Assembly: GCA_965215185.1 (NCBI GenBank)
Contig: OZ244034.1
Coordinates: forward strand, 768,001 to 832,000
DNA from: Acidimicrobiia bacterium
GTDB lineage: Bacteria; Actinomycetota; Acidimicrobiia; Spongiisociales; ZC4RG35
DNA: 64,000 bases
Direction of reading: 5' to 3'
Shown: positions 37,950 to 47,005 of the stretch, in pieces
Layout: every line of letters starts with the position of its first letter
Position numbering within the stretch: the stretch's first letter is position 1
Position numbers and translations under genes: made by a program
The notes under the pieces: generated by a model
What the model was told of the DNA's origin: nothing
Seen by the model: the letters and a program-made list of their open reading frames with translations, nothing else
Databases searched by the model: none

Positions 37950-40010
37950 ATGTCTAGGGTCAGGATATATCAAATCGCCCGTGATCTGGGCCTCACCACC
38001 CAGGAAGTGACGCAGCAGGCAGCGGCTCTCGGCTTGGATGTGAGAGCCGCTTCTTCCACTATCTCAGCTCAGGAAGCGGAGTTGGTGCGCTTTGCGCTGG
38101 TCGGCGAGCAGAAGGAGGAAGCTGCGGAGAAGAAACCCGACCCCGCCCCTGCCAAGCCGCCGCAACCGCCCAAGCCCAAGCTGCCGCCCAGGGAAAAGCC
38201 GGCAGCTGTTATCGAAGAGGAACCGGAACCTCCACCGCCTGAGGAAGACAAAGTGGTGGAAGTCCCCGGTACGGCCTTGGTTCTCGACTTTGCGGAAGCC
38301 ATCGGTGTCCCGGTTACCCAGGTGGTGGCCAAACTGATAGGTCTGGGCACGATGGTGGGGGCTGCCCACCAGATGCCCCGGGCACTCATGAAGCAAGTGG
38401 GTGAAGATTTGGGAGTGACAGTCGAGGTGATCGATGTCGAGCCGGAACGCAAACCAGTGGTGCGACTCCGAGACATTCCCGAAGACAATCCGAAGGATCT
38501 GCTGGAGCGACCACCCATCGTCACGGTCATGGGTCATGTCGATCACGGAAAAACGACGCTCTTGGATGCCCTGCGTCGCACAGACGTCGTGTCGGGAGAG
38601 GCTGGGGGAATCACCCAGCACATCGGCGCCTATCAGGCCACGGTGGGCGGCAACCCCATCACCTTTATCGATACTCCTGGACACGAAGCCTTCACCACTC
38701 TCCGGGCCCGGGGAGCGGAGTTGACCGACCTGGTGGTTTTGGTGATCGCGGCCGACGACGGGGTCATGCCCCAGACCGTCGAAGCGATCAGCCATGCCCG
38801 GGCGGCAGGAGTGGACATGTTGGTGGCTATTAACAAGATCGACCGGCCCGGGGCCAATCCCCTTTCGGTTCGGGCAAAGCTCACCGAGCAGAATGTCATC
38901 ACCGAGGAACTGGGTGGAGATATCCCCAGTGTGGAAATATCGGCTACCCGCGGGGACGGCCTGGACGTTCTCTTGGAGACGATCGACCTGATGGCGCAGA
39001 TCAAGGAGTTGAAGGCTTCTTCCAAGCCGCCTGCCTCCGGCGTGGTTGTGGATTCGCGATTGGACACGGGTAGGGGACCGGTGGCTACGGTCATCGTCCA
39101 ACGCGGCACCCTGCGGCGGGGAAACGCTCTAGTGGCCGGGGCAGTGTCGGGACGGGTGCGGGCCATGTTCAATCACTCAGGAGAAGAGGTGAAATCCGCC
39201 GGCCCTTCGATGCCGGTGTTGGTGATGGGTTGGAACGACGTTCCCGTGGCGGGGGAGGGGTTCGAGGTGATCAAAACTGAGCGCATGGCCCGGCAGATCG
39301 CCTCCGACGAGGCCGATCGCGAGAGGGAGCACAAAATACGTGTGGAGATGCCCACCGCCCGGGATAGGTTTGTCCACCACCTTGAGCAGATGCAATCCGA
39401 CGACGGGGAACTGCGTCTAATTGTCAAGGCCGATCAACACGGCTCAGTGGAGACTCTACGCGAGGCGATTGGAAAGATAAAGCGGGAAAAGGGCAGGATC
39501 GACATCGTCCATTCCGCGGTGGGTGGGGTCAACCTCACCGATGTGAATCTGAGTGACGTAACAGGAGCGGTGATCGTTGGTTTCAACGTACGCTCGGAGA
39601 GCAAAGCGACACGCGAGGCACACCAGCGAGGGATCGAAATCCGTTCATATTCGGTTATCTACGAACTGTTGGACGACGTCGAACAGATGTTGGTAGGCAA
39701 ACTGGCGCCCGAGCGTCACGAGGACAAACTGGGAACAGCCGAGGTGCGCGCGCTCTTCCGGGTCCCAAGAGCCATGGCTGCGGGGTGTCTCGTCACCGAG
39801 GGACGGGTTTTGAAAGGTGCCTCTATCCGCCTGTACCGCGACGACGTGGTGATCTACACCGGGTCTGTGGCCTCTTTGCGGCGATTCAAGCAGGATGTGG
39901 AAGAAGTCCCGTTCGGTATGGAGTGTGGAATTGTCTTAGAGCAGTTCAACGATGTGAAGGAAGGGGACGTATTCGAGGCATACGCGGTTAGGGAGGTCCT
40001 GCGCACTTGA
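37950..40010 (+). CDS. infB: Translation initiation factor IF-2
   Basis: RPPIVTVMGHVDHGKTT, GGITQHIGAY, DTPGHEAF, NKID. Confidence 0.98.
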   Translation: MSRVRIYQIARDLGLTTQEVTQQAAALGLDVRAASSTISAQEAELVRFALVGEQKEEAAEKKPDPAPAKPPQPPKPKLPPREKPAAVIEEEPEPPPPEEDKVVEVPGTALVLDFAEAIGVPVTQVVAKLIGLGTMVGAAHQMPRALMKQVGEDLGVTVEVIDVEPERKPVVRLRDIPEDNPKDLLERPPIVTVMGHVDHGKTTLLDALRRTDVVSGEAGGITQHIGAYQATVGGNPITFIDTPGHEAFTTLRARGAELTDLVVLVIAADDGVMPQTVEAISHARAAGVDMLVAINKIDRPGANPLSVRAKLTEQNVITEELGGDIPSVEISATRGDGLDVLLETIDLMAQIKELKASSKPPASGVVVDSRLDTGRGPVATVIVQRGTLRRGNALVAGAVSGRVRAMFNHSGEEVKSAGPSMPVLVMGWNDVPVAGEGFEVIKTERMARQIASDEADREREHKIRVEMPTARDRFVHHLEQMQSDDGELRLIVKADQHGSVETLREAIGKIKREKGRIDIVHSAVGGVNLTDVNLSDVTGAVIVGFNVRSESKATREAHQRGIEIRSYSVIYELLDDVEQMLVGKLAPERHEDKLGTAEVRALFRVPRAMAAGCLVTEGRVLKGASIRLYRDDVVIYTGSVASLRRFKQDVEEVPFGMECGIVLEQFNDVKEGDVFEAYAVREVLRT

Positions 40011-40315
40011 TGGAAGCGGCGGCGATGCGTTTTGAACTATCGCTTCCAGCCACCGGGTCCCTCAAGGAGAAACGATCGACTCTCCGGCCCTTGGTGGAAG
40101 GTTTGCGCAGGATGGCCTCCTATTCGGTGGCGGAAGTGGCGCATCATGATCTATGGCGCAGGGCGGCATTGGGGGTGGCGCTGGTTGCCACCAACCGTCG
40201 GGAGTTGGAAAAGATGATGCAGCGGGTGGAGCACTTTCTTGATCGCCACCACCAGGTGGATGTGATCGAGGTTATGATTTCCTACCTTGACCATCCCGAA
40301 CCCGAGGTCAAATGA
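40010..40315 (+). CDS. DUF503 family protein
   Basis: SLKEKR..LR, SVAEV.HHDLWRRA; typical position between infB and rbfA. Confidence 0.88.
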   Translation: MEAAAMRFELSLPATGSLKEKRSTLRPLVEGLRRMASYSVAEVAHHDLWRRAALGVALVATNRRELEKMMQRVEHFLDRHHQVDVIEVMISYLDHPEPEVK

Positions 40316-40318
40316 GCG

Positions 40319-40684
40319 ATGAAAAGCGGCCGATTTCCCCGCATGCGGCGGGTCAACTCGATCATCTGGGAGGTGTTGGCCGATGAGGTGCACGGTCTTG
40401 CGGATCCCCGCTTGTCCGGAGTGACGATCACCGGCGTTGACACTTCACCTGATCTGCGCAGGGCGGTGGTGTTCTATTCGATGGCCGACATAAGCAGACT
40501 GGAAGAGGCCGGGGAGGGTCTGAGTTCGGCGGCCGGTCGGTTGCAGGGTCTCCTGGCTTCCCAGGTCCGACTCAAATACACGCCCCGATTGGACTTTCAG
40601 CCCGATCACGGAGTAATCGGTGGGTTGAAGATTGAACGCCTGCTGCGACACGTGTCGCAGTCCGAGCGAAGAGGAGAGGCATGA
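40319..40684 (+). CDS. rbfA: Ribosome-binding factor A
   Basis: DPRL..VTITGV..SPDL, LKYTPRLDF. Confidence 0.95.
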   Translation: MKSGRFPRMRRVNSIIWEVLADEVHGLADPRLSGVTITGVDTSPDLRRAVVFYSMADISRLEEAGEGLSSAAGRLQGLLASQVRLKYTPRLDFQPDHGVIGGLKIERLLRHVSQSERRGEA

Positions 40685-41661
40685 GCAGAACCCAGCAACT
40701 GAGGGAGTCGACACGACAGGCAGCGGAGGTGATAGCCTCATCCCAGACCTTGGGGGCGGTTTGCCATGAACGGCCGGATGGGGACGCGCTGGGATCCATG
40801 CTGGGCTTTGCCGCCTCCGCCCGTCTGGCCGGCCGATCGGTGCGGTTGGCCATCCCTCCTCCCGACAACATCCCCGCCCGCTACCGGTTCCTACCCATCG
40901 ATCTGCTCTCTTCACCTATTGAGCCTTCCGACCCCCCTCAGACGCTGGTGGCGTTCGATTGCGGGGCGGTGGACCGGCTGGGAGAACTGGTCAAGATCGC
41001 GAAGAAGGTGGAGAACCTGGTGGTGGTCGACCACCACGTCTCCAACCCTGGCTTTGGAACTCTCAATTTGATTGATCCACAGGCCTCGGCCACCGTGGAG
41101 TTGGTTTATGATCTGATCTTGGAGTTGGGGTGGCCGGTGGATGAGACAGTGGCCACCTGTTTACTCACCGGACTGGTCACCGACACCGGACGTTTTCAGT
41201 ATTCCAATACCACTCCCCACACTCATCGCCTCGCCGCCCGGCTGTTGGAGGCGGGTGCCCGCCCGGAGGTGATTGGACAGGCGGTTTACGAGGAGGAGCC
41301 GTTTGGACTGTTGGCAGTGGCGGGGGCGGTGCTCAGTCGAGCCCGGCTGGACAGGCGTCGGGGAGTGGTTTGGTCGGTTCTCCATGCCGAAGACCTGGAG
41401 GCGGCATCGCTCAACGGTGAGGACACCGAGTTGCTCATCGATCTGGTGCGCCTGCCCCGCGAAGCGGGAGTGGCGATGCTGATCAGAGAGGCGGAAGTAG
41501 GTCATGTGCGAGTGAGTCTTCGTTCCCGGGGAACAGTGGATGTGGGCGCCATCGCCGCCGCTCTGGGAGGCGGCGGGCATCACAATGCCAGCGGCGTTCG
41601 TTTCCATGGTTCTGCATCGCAGGCGGCAGCGGCGGTCTTGGAGAGAATCCCTCTTGCCTGA
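40681..41661 (+). CDS. nrnA: DHH-family oligoribonuclease/pAp phosphatase
   Basis: HERPDGDALGS, VDHH, DTGRFQY, SLRS, GGGGH. Confidence 0.92.
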   Translation: MSRTQQLRESTRQAAEVIASSQTLGAVCHERPDGDALGSMLGFAASARLAGRSVRLAIPPPDNIPARYRFLPIDLLSSPIEPSDPPQTLVAFDCGAVDRLGELVKIAKKVENLVVVDHHVSNPGFGTLNLIDPQASATVELVYDLILELGWPVDETVATCLLTGLVTDTGRFQYSNTTPHTHRLAARLLEAGARPEVIGQAVYEEEPFGLLAVAGAVLSRARLDRRRGVVWSVLHAEDLEAASLNGEDTELLIDLVRLPREAGVAMLIREAEVGHVRVSLRSRGTVDVGAIAAALGGGGHHNASGVRFHGSASQAAAAVLERIPLA

Positions 41662-42538
41662 GGGCTTTTTGGTGATCGATAAGCCTTCGGGCGTCACATC
41701 TCATGACATGGTGGCGGCGGTACGTAAAGCCGTGGGGATCCGCAAGGTGGGTCACGCCGGAACACTTGATCCGATGGCTACCGGCGCTCTGGTAGTGGCC
41801 GTGGGGAGAGTAACCAGGCTGATTCGGTTTCTACAACCCCTACCAAAGGAGTACCTGGCGGTGGCCCGTTTCGGGATGGCCACCGATACGCTCGATGCTG
41901 ACGGCCAGGAGATATCGCGAGCGCCAATGCCGGTCTCGCGAAAGGATGTGGAATCGGTACTCGGTTCTCTTACCGGAGAGATCGATCAGGTTCCCCCCAT
42001 GGTCTCCGCGATCAAAGTCGGGGGTCGGCGTCTTTACGAACTGGCCCGAGAGGGACAGGAAGTGGAGAGGATGGCTCGTCGGGTAACCGTTCATTCGCTT
42101 GAGATCACCAGCTTCGAGGAAGGCCCCTATCCGCTGGTCGGGTTGCGGGCGGTGTGCGGCAAAGGCGTTTATGTCCGGACGCTGGCAGACGACCTCGCCG
42201 GGGCGCTGGGTGGGAGAGCGCATCTGGTGGCACTGCGCCGAGTTCGGGTGGGTAGCCACTCGGTGGGGGAACATCCTGCCGGTGGACTGGGTCCTGATGA
42301 ACTGGGAGAATGGGAAAAGTGGATGCTCTCGCCTTCGGAGGGGCTGGCCGACCTGCCGCGGTGGGTGGCTGATGCTCCAGCGCTGGAGATGGTGAGAAAC
42401 GGAAGACGCCTCTCCGCTAGTGTGGCTCCCAGTATTGCGGAGGAGCAGCCCGCCCGGGTGGTTGACGACTGCGGGCGGCTTTGGGCGGTATACCGTCGCA
42501 GCGGGTCTCAATTAACCCCCGAGGTGGTGCTCAACTAA
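41654..42538 (+). CDS. truB: tRNA pseudouridine(55) synthase
   Basis: DKPSGVTSHD, KVGHAGTLDPMATG, QVPPMVSAIKV.G..LY, GVYVRTL. Confidence 0.96.
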   Translation: MPEGFLVIDKPSGVTSHDMVAAVRKAVGIRKVGHAGTLDPMATGALVVAVGRVTRLIRFLQPLPKEYLAVARFGMATDTLDADGQEISRAPMPVSRKDVESVLGSLTGEIDQVPPMVSAIKVGGRRLYELAREGQEVERMARRVTVHSLEITSFEEGPYPLVGLRAVCGKGVYVRTLADDLAGALGGRAHLVALRRVRVGSHSVGEHPAGGLGPDELGEWEKWMLSPSEGLADLPRWVADAPALEMVRNGRRLSASVAPSIAEEQPARVVDDCGRLWAVYRRSGSQLTPEVVLN

Positions 42539-42557
42539 ACGGGGTGGCGACCAGAAC

Positions 42558-42597
42558 GGTGCCGAGAGTGCGATTCGAACCCACACGGAATGGCCCC
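42558..42597 (-). repeat. Diverged direct repeat of tRNA-Leu 3' end (att-like site)
   Basis: 34/40 identity to 50157-50196 in the same orientation. Confidence 0.85.
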
Positions 42598-43141
42598 ACG
42601 TAGCCGGGTGCAGTCTGGGTTTGTGTCACCAGCGCCCGGTTTGGAAGGACCGGCAGGGTTACGGGATACAGCCTGGCACCAAGGTCCGCTGGCTCCGAGA
42701 AAGACATATGCTCGTTCTATGCCTTTACCAGGCAAAGCCGCCGTTTTCTATATCCTTGGCAGATCAACCATGATCGACCAGCAGGCGGCCAGATTGCCGT
42801 GTTCCGGACCAACCTTCTCCCCTCGGACAGGCCACCGCCAATGACGGGGCTTTGTTCACCCTGTTGAGCCGGTTCCTCAACCACCATCCCGACCCAGCGG
42901 GCGTAGCCACCGGCCCTCTCAACGCAACAGTCGACACCTACGCTCCGACGGCGGCCGCGCTGATTCCTCGGGAACTCCGTCTCAAGGTCGTCAGACCCGC
43001 GCGTGATAGAGCCGGCAGCGAGGGACGAGGAAATGTCAACGCTTCCCAGTTAACGGGCGATTGTCCCGCCGTTGGTGACGGAACCGTTCACCGGCGTGTC
43101 GTTCGACCCCGGGGAGGTCTCCCTAGCCAGACGGACCGATC

Positions 43142-44351
43142 ATGAGGACTAACCGCGGACCGCGACCTCGGACCATGCGCGAGCGGGAGTTCATCGCCAT
43201 CCTGGCCGCCATCAGCGCCACAACGGCGCTGGGGATCGACATGGCGCTTCCGGCCTTCACCGACATCCGGCTCGGGTTTGGGCTCGCTCCCGACTCACCT
43301 CGGGTGGCGCTCACGGTTACCGTTTACCTTCTGGGCCTGGCCGGCGCCCAGTTGTTGTACGGCCCATTCACAGATCGGTTTGGCCGCAAACCGGTGCTCT
43401 ACACGGGCCTTGGCCTCTACGTTCTCGGCGCCCTGGGCTCAGCCCTCTCTCCGACCTTCGGGGTACTGATCGCCAGCCGTTTCATCTGGGGCGTCGGCGC
43501 CGCCGGACCCCGCGCCCTTACCCTGGCAATCGGCCGCGACTTGTACGAAGGAGATCGGCTCGCTCGCGTTCTGGCTGTCGTTGCCTCAATGTTCATGATC
43601 GTCCCGGCATTCGCTCCGTTACTCGGTCAGGCCGTGCTGAGCGTCGGGTCATGGCGTTGGGTCATGGCTGCCCCGGCAGCGGTGATACTGGTGTTGGCTT
43701 TCTGGCTCATCCGGCTCCCGGAGTCCCTCCCTAGGGAACGGCGTCGTCCCCTAACCCTCGACCGCACTCGCGAGGCCTTCGCGGCAATCTTCACCAATAG
43801 GGTCACCACCGGGTCAGCGCTGGCGGTCATGTTCGACTTCGGCGCCTTCGCTGCGTTCCTGGAGCAGCCAACTCCTCTTCGACGATGTGTACGGCCGGGG
43901 CGACCAGTTCGCCTACTACTTTGCCGGGATGAGCGTGGTCATGGGGGTGGTGATCTTCGCAGGCAGCCGGCAGGTGAAGAGGGTCGGCGCCGACCGGGTT
44001 ATCGTCGTAGTCGTGCCGGTAGCGGTGATACTGGCGGTAGGCGTCGCTCTGTGGTCGTGGCAGGCCGACGGGCGGCCGGCGTTCTTCGTCTGGTTCGCTC
44101 TGATCACCGTGATCAATTCCCTCCGAACGCTCGCTAATCCGCTGCTGCAAGCTCAGGCTATGGAGCCGATGGGCGAGCTGGCCGGGACAGCGGCCGCCGT
44201 GATCGGTACGCTCTCGTTGGGGGGCGGTGCAGTGCTCGCCAGCTTCGTCGACCGGGCCATCGCCGGATCGGTCACGCCGCTGGCTGTGGCCTACGCCGGT
44301 TACGGAGCGATCAGCCTCATCTTCACCTTCTGGGCCCGGCGATACCGATAG
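43142..44351 (+). pseudogene. Bcr/CflA-family MFS efflux transporter, frameshifted near 43862
   Basis: GIDMALPAF, YGPFTDRFGRKPVL in frame 1; after ...AAFL the protein continues as SSQLLFDDVYG...AGTAAAVIG in a +1 frame. Confidence 0.85.
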
Positions 44352-44418
44352 ACAGAAAAAACGCGGCATTACGACCCACACTTGTCCCGACCTGCCCGGA
44401 GAGGAAAGTGGGGGAGCG

Positions 44419-45618
44419 TTACTTCCCGGGCCGTCGGCCACTCCATACGGCGCGGGGTAGCCGCTTTTGTTTGTCGACGAATGGAAGAGTATCCACGGTC
44501 GCCTCGTGGGGCGTTCCATCGTGGTCGAGCAAGTAGACCGTCTTGCCGAACCAGTCGTCACCCAACAAGGGCCGATCAAAACGCACATAACCGACTCCTG
44601 TGTCCAGCGTGGGTGACCACGTTCCAATCGTCACATGTCCAACCGGGCCGTTCTCGAAGTGGACGTGCATACCGGCATCCGGCGCAGCGGTTGGGCAGAC
44701 CAGGCCAAACAGGAGCTGGCTGCGATCGGCCGGTTCCAACGCGGCCCGGCCGATGAAGTCTTCTTTGTCAAGTCTGACAAAATGCCCAAGGCCTGCACCA
44801 AACGGCGTCAAGTCCGGCTCAATATCACTGCCGTTGTCAAGAATCCCAGACTCGATACGGCGAATACCCATTGATGATGACGAGCTGAAGTTCATGTCAA
44901 AGGACTCACCGCAGGCGAACAGATCGTCCCAGAGGGCGTGATGATCTGTCGGTTCTGGGCCGCTATTGCAGTAGATCTCAATTCCCACCTCCCCTGTCCA
45001 CCCGGTACGCGAGACCCACAGCCTTTGGCCGCAAACGTCAAAGAAGCCAGCGCGAAAATACTTGAAATCGGCCGATAGCCCACCGCCAATCGCCGCATCG
45101 AGCACATCAAGCGACTTTGGCCCCTGAATCTGCAGCACCCGCGAATTCGGATCAGAGACTGTTACATCAAGCCCAATGGAGTGTGCCTTGAGCCAGCTCG
45201 TGAACTCACCGTTTGCCTGTACATACCAGTAGCGATCTTGCCCGAGGCGCATGACGACGCCATCCATGAGAACAGTGCCATCTTCATTGCAGGCGATGCC
45301 GTAGCGGACTCGGCCTACTGCGAGTGTCTCTACTTTGCACGTGAGGACTCTCTCGAGCAGTCTGGCGGCATCTGGACCAATGATCTCAAGCGGTTTCTCC
45401 GGAACGTCGTACAACTGGACGTCCTGGCGCAATTTCCAATACTGAGGAATGGGGTCCTCGTCATGGGTGGTCTTGAGGGGATACAGGCGATCGCAGTACA
45501 CGCCGAAAATCGTCTGATCAGTGACGTATCGGTCGGCAAAGGGCGACTGGCTGAGTCGATACGAACTTAACCGGACTGTATCGAACGACTCAATGTAGAA
45601 GTGTTCGCCCCCTGTCAT
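44419..45618 (-). CDS. GcvT-family aminomethyltransferase (DmdA-like)
   Basis: QYWKLRQDVQLYDV, IIGPDAA, LQIQGPKS, SRTGWTGEVGIEIY, RRIESG. Confidence 0.88.
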   Translation of the reverse strand: MTGGEHFYIESFDTVRLSSYRLSQSPFADRYVTDQTIFGVYCDRLYPLKTTHDEDPIPQYWKLRQDVQLYDVPEKPLEIIGPDAARLLERVLTCKVETLAVGRVRYGIACNEDGTVLMDGVVMRLGQDRYWYVQANGEFTSWLKAHSIGLDVTVSDPNSRVLQIQGPKSLDVLDAAIGGGLSADFKYFRAGFFDVCGQRLWVSRTGWTGEVGIEIYCNSGPEPTDHHALWDDLFACGESFDMNFSSSSSMGIRRIESGILDNGSDIEPDLTPFGAGLGHFVRLDKEDFIGRAALEPADRSQLLFGLVCPTAAPDAGMHVHFENGPVGHVTIGTWSPTLDTGVGYVRFDRPLLGDDWFGKTVYLLDHDGTPHEATVDTLPFVDKQKRLPRAVWSGRRPGK

Positions 45619-45718
45619 CTATACCTCAAGTCCTGGGGGAGCGGCGGACTCATGGTAGCAGATCATCTTTAGTAAAACCTGGAGTCCCAGAATTATCCTC
45701 ACCCTGAACTCCAATGAG

Positions 45719-45900
45719 GAGGGCGCCCTGATTCGGGACCGGTAGGGAACCGCCCCCCGTGCTGGGAGTGGAAATTCGAAACCTCCACCGAGTTGCCCCG
45801 GACCAACCCGAAATCATTTATCCGACCTGGACTCTGTTGGAGCGTGGGGTGGCTTAACCGCAGATGGGTGGCAGACGGCGCCGCAACCCACGACGGACAC
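45719..45900 (+). other. Structured non-coding element resembling an IS110-family left end / bridge RNA, no transposase
   Basis: Stems gattcggg(45730-37)/cccgaaatc(45807-15) and cgtggggtgg(45844-53)/gcaacccacg(45883-92) enclosing large loops; shares motif order with 8010-8261. Confidence 0.4.
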
Positions 45901-46081
45901 GTACCCCAAACGAATACGAGAGAATTCACTACTACAACACAACCGTAACACCACTGATCCAAGTGGGCTGACTCAGCAATACCGGTCACCGCCATCCATG
46001 GAAAAGTCAGGGCTAGAGTTCGGGAAGACCAAGACGAGGGGTCCCGCGCAACGCGATGGTTCGTGGGCGGAGAAGGCAGGT

Positions 46082-47002
46082 GTGACCGTGTCGAGAGCCA
46101 TAGAGACCGCAGGTCTCACCAAGTACTACGGGGAAACGGCGGGCATCGTCGATCTGGATCTGGCGGTGAATGTTGGTGAGGTGTTCGGCTTTATCGGTCC
46201 GAACGGGGCGGGCAAGACCACCACCATCCGCCTGCTGCTGAATTTCCTTCGCCCCTCCGCAGGCTCAGGGTCCATCTTCGGTATGGACATCGCACACCAG
46301 TCACTGGAGATCCGCAGCCGGATCGGGTACCTGCCTGGCGACCTGGCGGTTTATCCCTCCATGACCGGTCGGGAGTTCCTGCTCTACTTCAGCAGATTGA
46401 GAGGCATCGACACAGCCGCCACCACGGAGAGGTTGGCGGAGCGTTTCGAATTGGACCTCGACCGGCGTATCAGGGAGTACTCGAAGGGCAACCGCCAGAA
46501 AGTGGGCGTGATCAACGCCTTCATGCACGAGCCGGAACTGCTGATCCTCGACGAACCCACCGGTGGTCTTGACCCCCTCATGCAACAGGAGTTTTCTGAA
46601 CTGCTGGCCGAGGTTCGAGAGGAGGGACGCACGGTGTTTTTGTCCTCCCATTACCTTCCGGAGGTGGAGCGGGTGGCCGACCGGGTGGGGATAGTCCGTA
46701 ACGGCCGTCTCATCGACATGGACACCCTTGCCGGGTTCAGGTCGAAGGTCCAGTCCAACCTGTCGATCAAGTTCGGATCCGCGGTTGACCCGGGCCCGTT
46801 CGCGGCGCTAGAAGGGGTGAACGTGATCGATCTACGCGACGGTGGCACCCTGTTGCGGCTCAGCATCGCCGGATCCCAGCAAGCGGTGATAGCGGCAGCG
46901 GCTGCCAGGGACGTGATAACCGTCACCTCAGAAGAGGCCGATCTCGACGAGGTGTTCCTCTCCTACTACGGGTCCCACACCCATCCGGACTTGGCGGGCT
47001 GA
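46082..47002 (+). CDS. ABC transporter ATP-binding protein (DrrA-like exporter)
   Basis: GPNGAGKTT, YSKGNRQK, ILDEPT, SSH; start approximate. Confidence 0.95.
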   Translation: MTVSRAIETAGLTKYYGETAGIVDLDLAVNVGEVFGFIGPNGAGKTTTIRLLLNFLRPSAGSGSIFGMDIAHQSLEIRSRIGYLPGDLAVYPSMTGREFLLYFSRLRGIDTAATTERLAERFELDLDRRIREYSKGNRQKVGVINAFMHEPELLILDEPTGGLDPLMQQEFSELLAEVREEGRTVFLSSHYLPEVERVADRVGIVRNGRLIDMDTLAGFRSKVQSNLSIKFGSAVDPGPFAALEGVNVIDLRDGGTLLRLSIAGSQQAVIAAAAARDVITVTSEEADLDEVFLSYYGSHTHPDLAG

Positions 47003-47005
47003 ACC

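Noticed and set aside
38110-38250. Pro/Lys/Glu-rich low-complexity segment in IF-2 (and the NusA C-terminal tail)
   Set aside because: Variable disordered regions are normal for these proteins.
42540-42640. Possible additional tRNA gene
   Set aside because: Only the variable arm, T arm and acceptor 3' strand are present; no D or anticodon arm.
42600-43141. Integrase remnant or small ORFs 42590-42844 and 42852-43145
   Set aside because: No tyrosine or serine recombinase motif recognised in the frames read; left unannotated.
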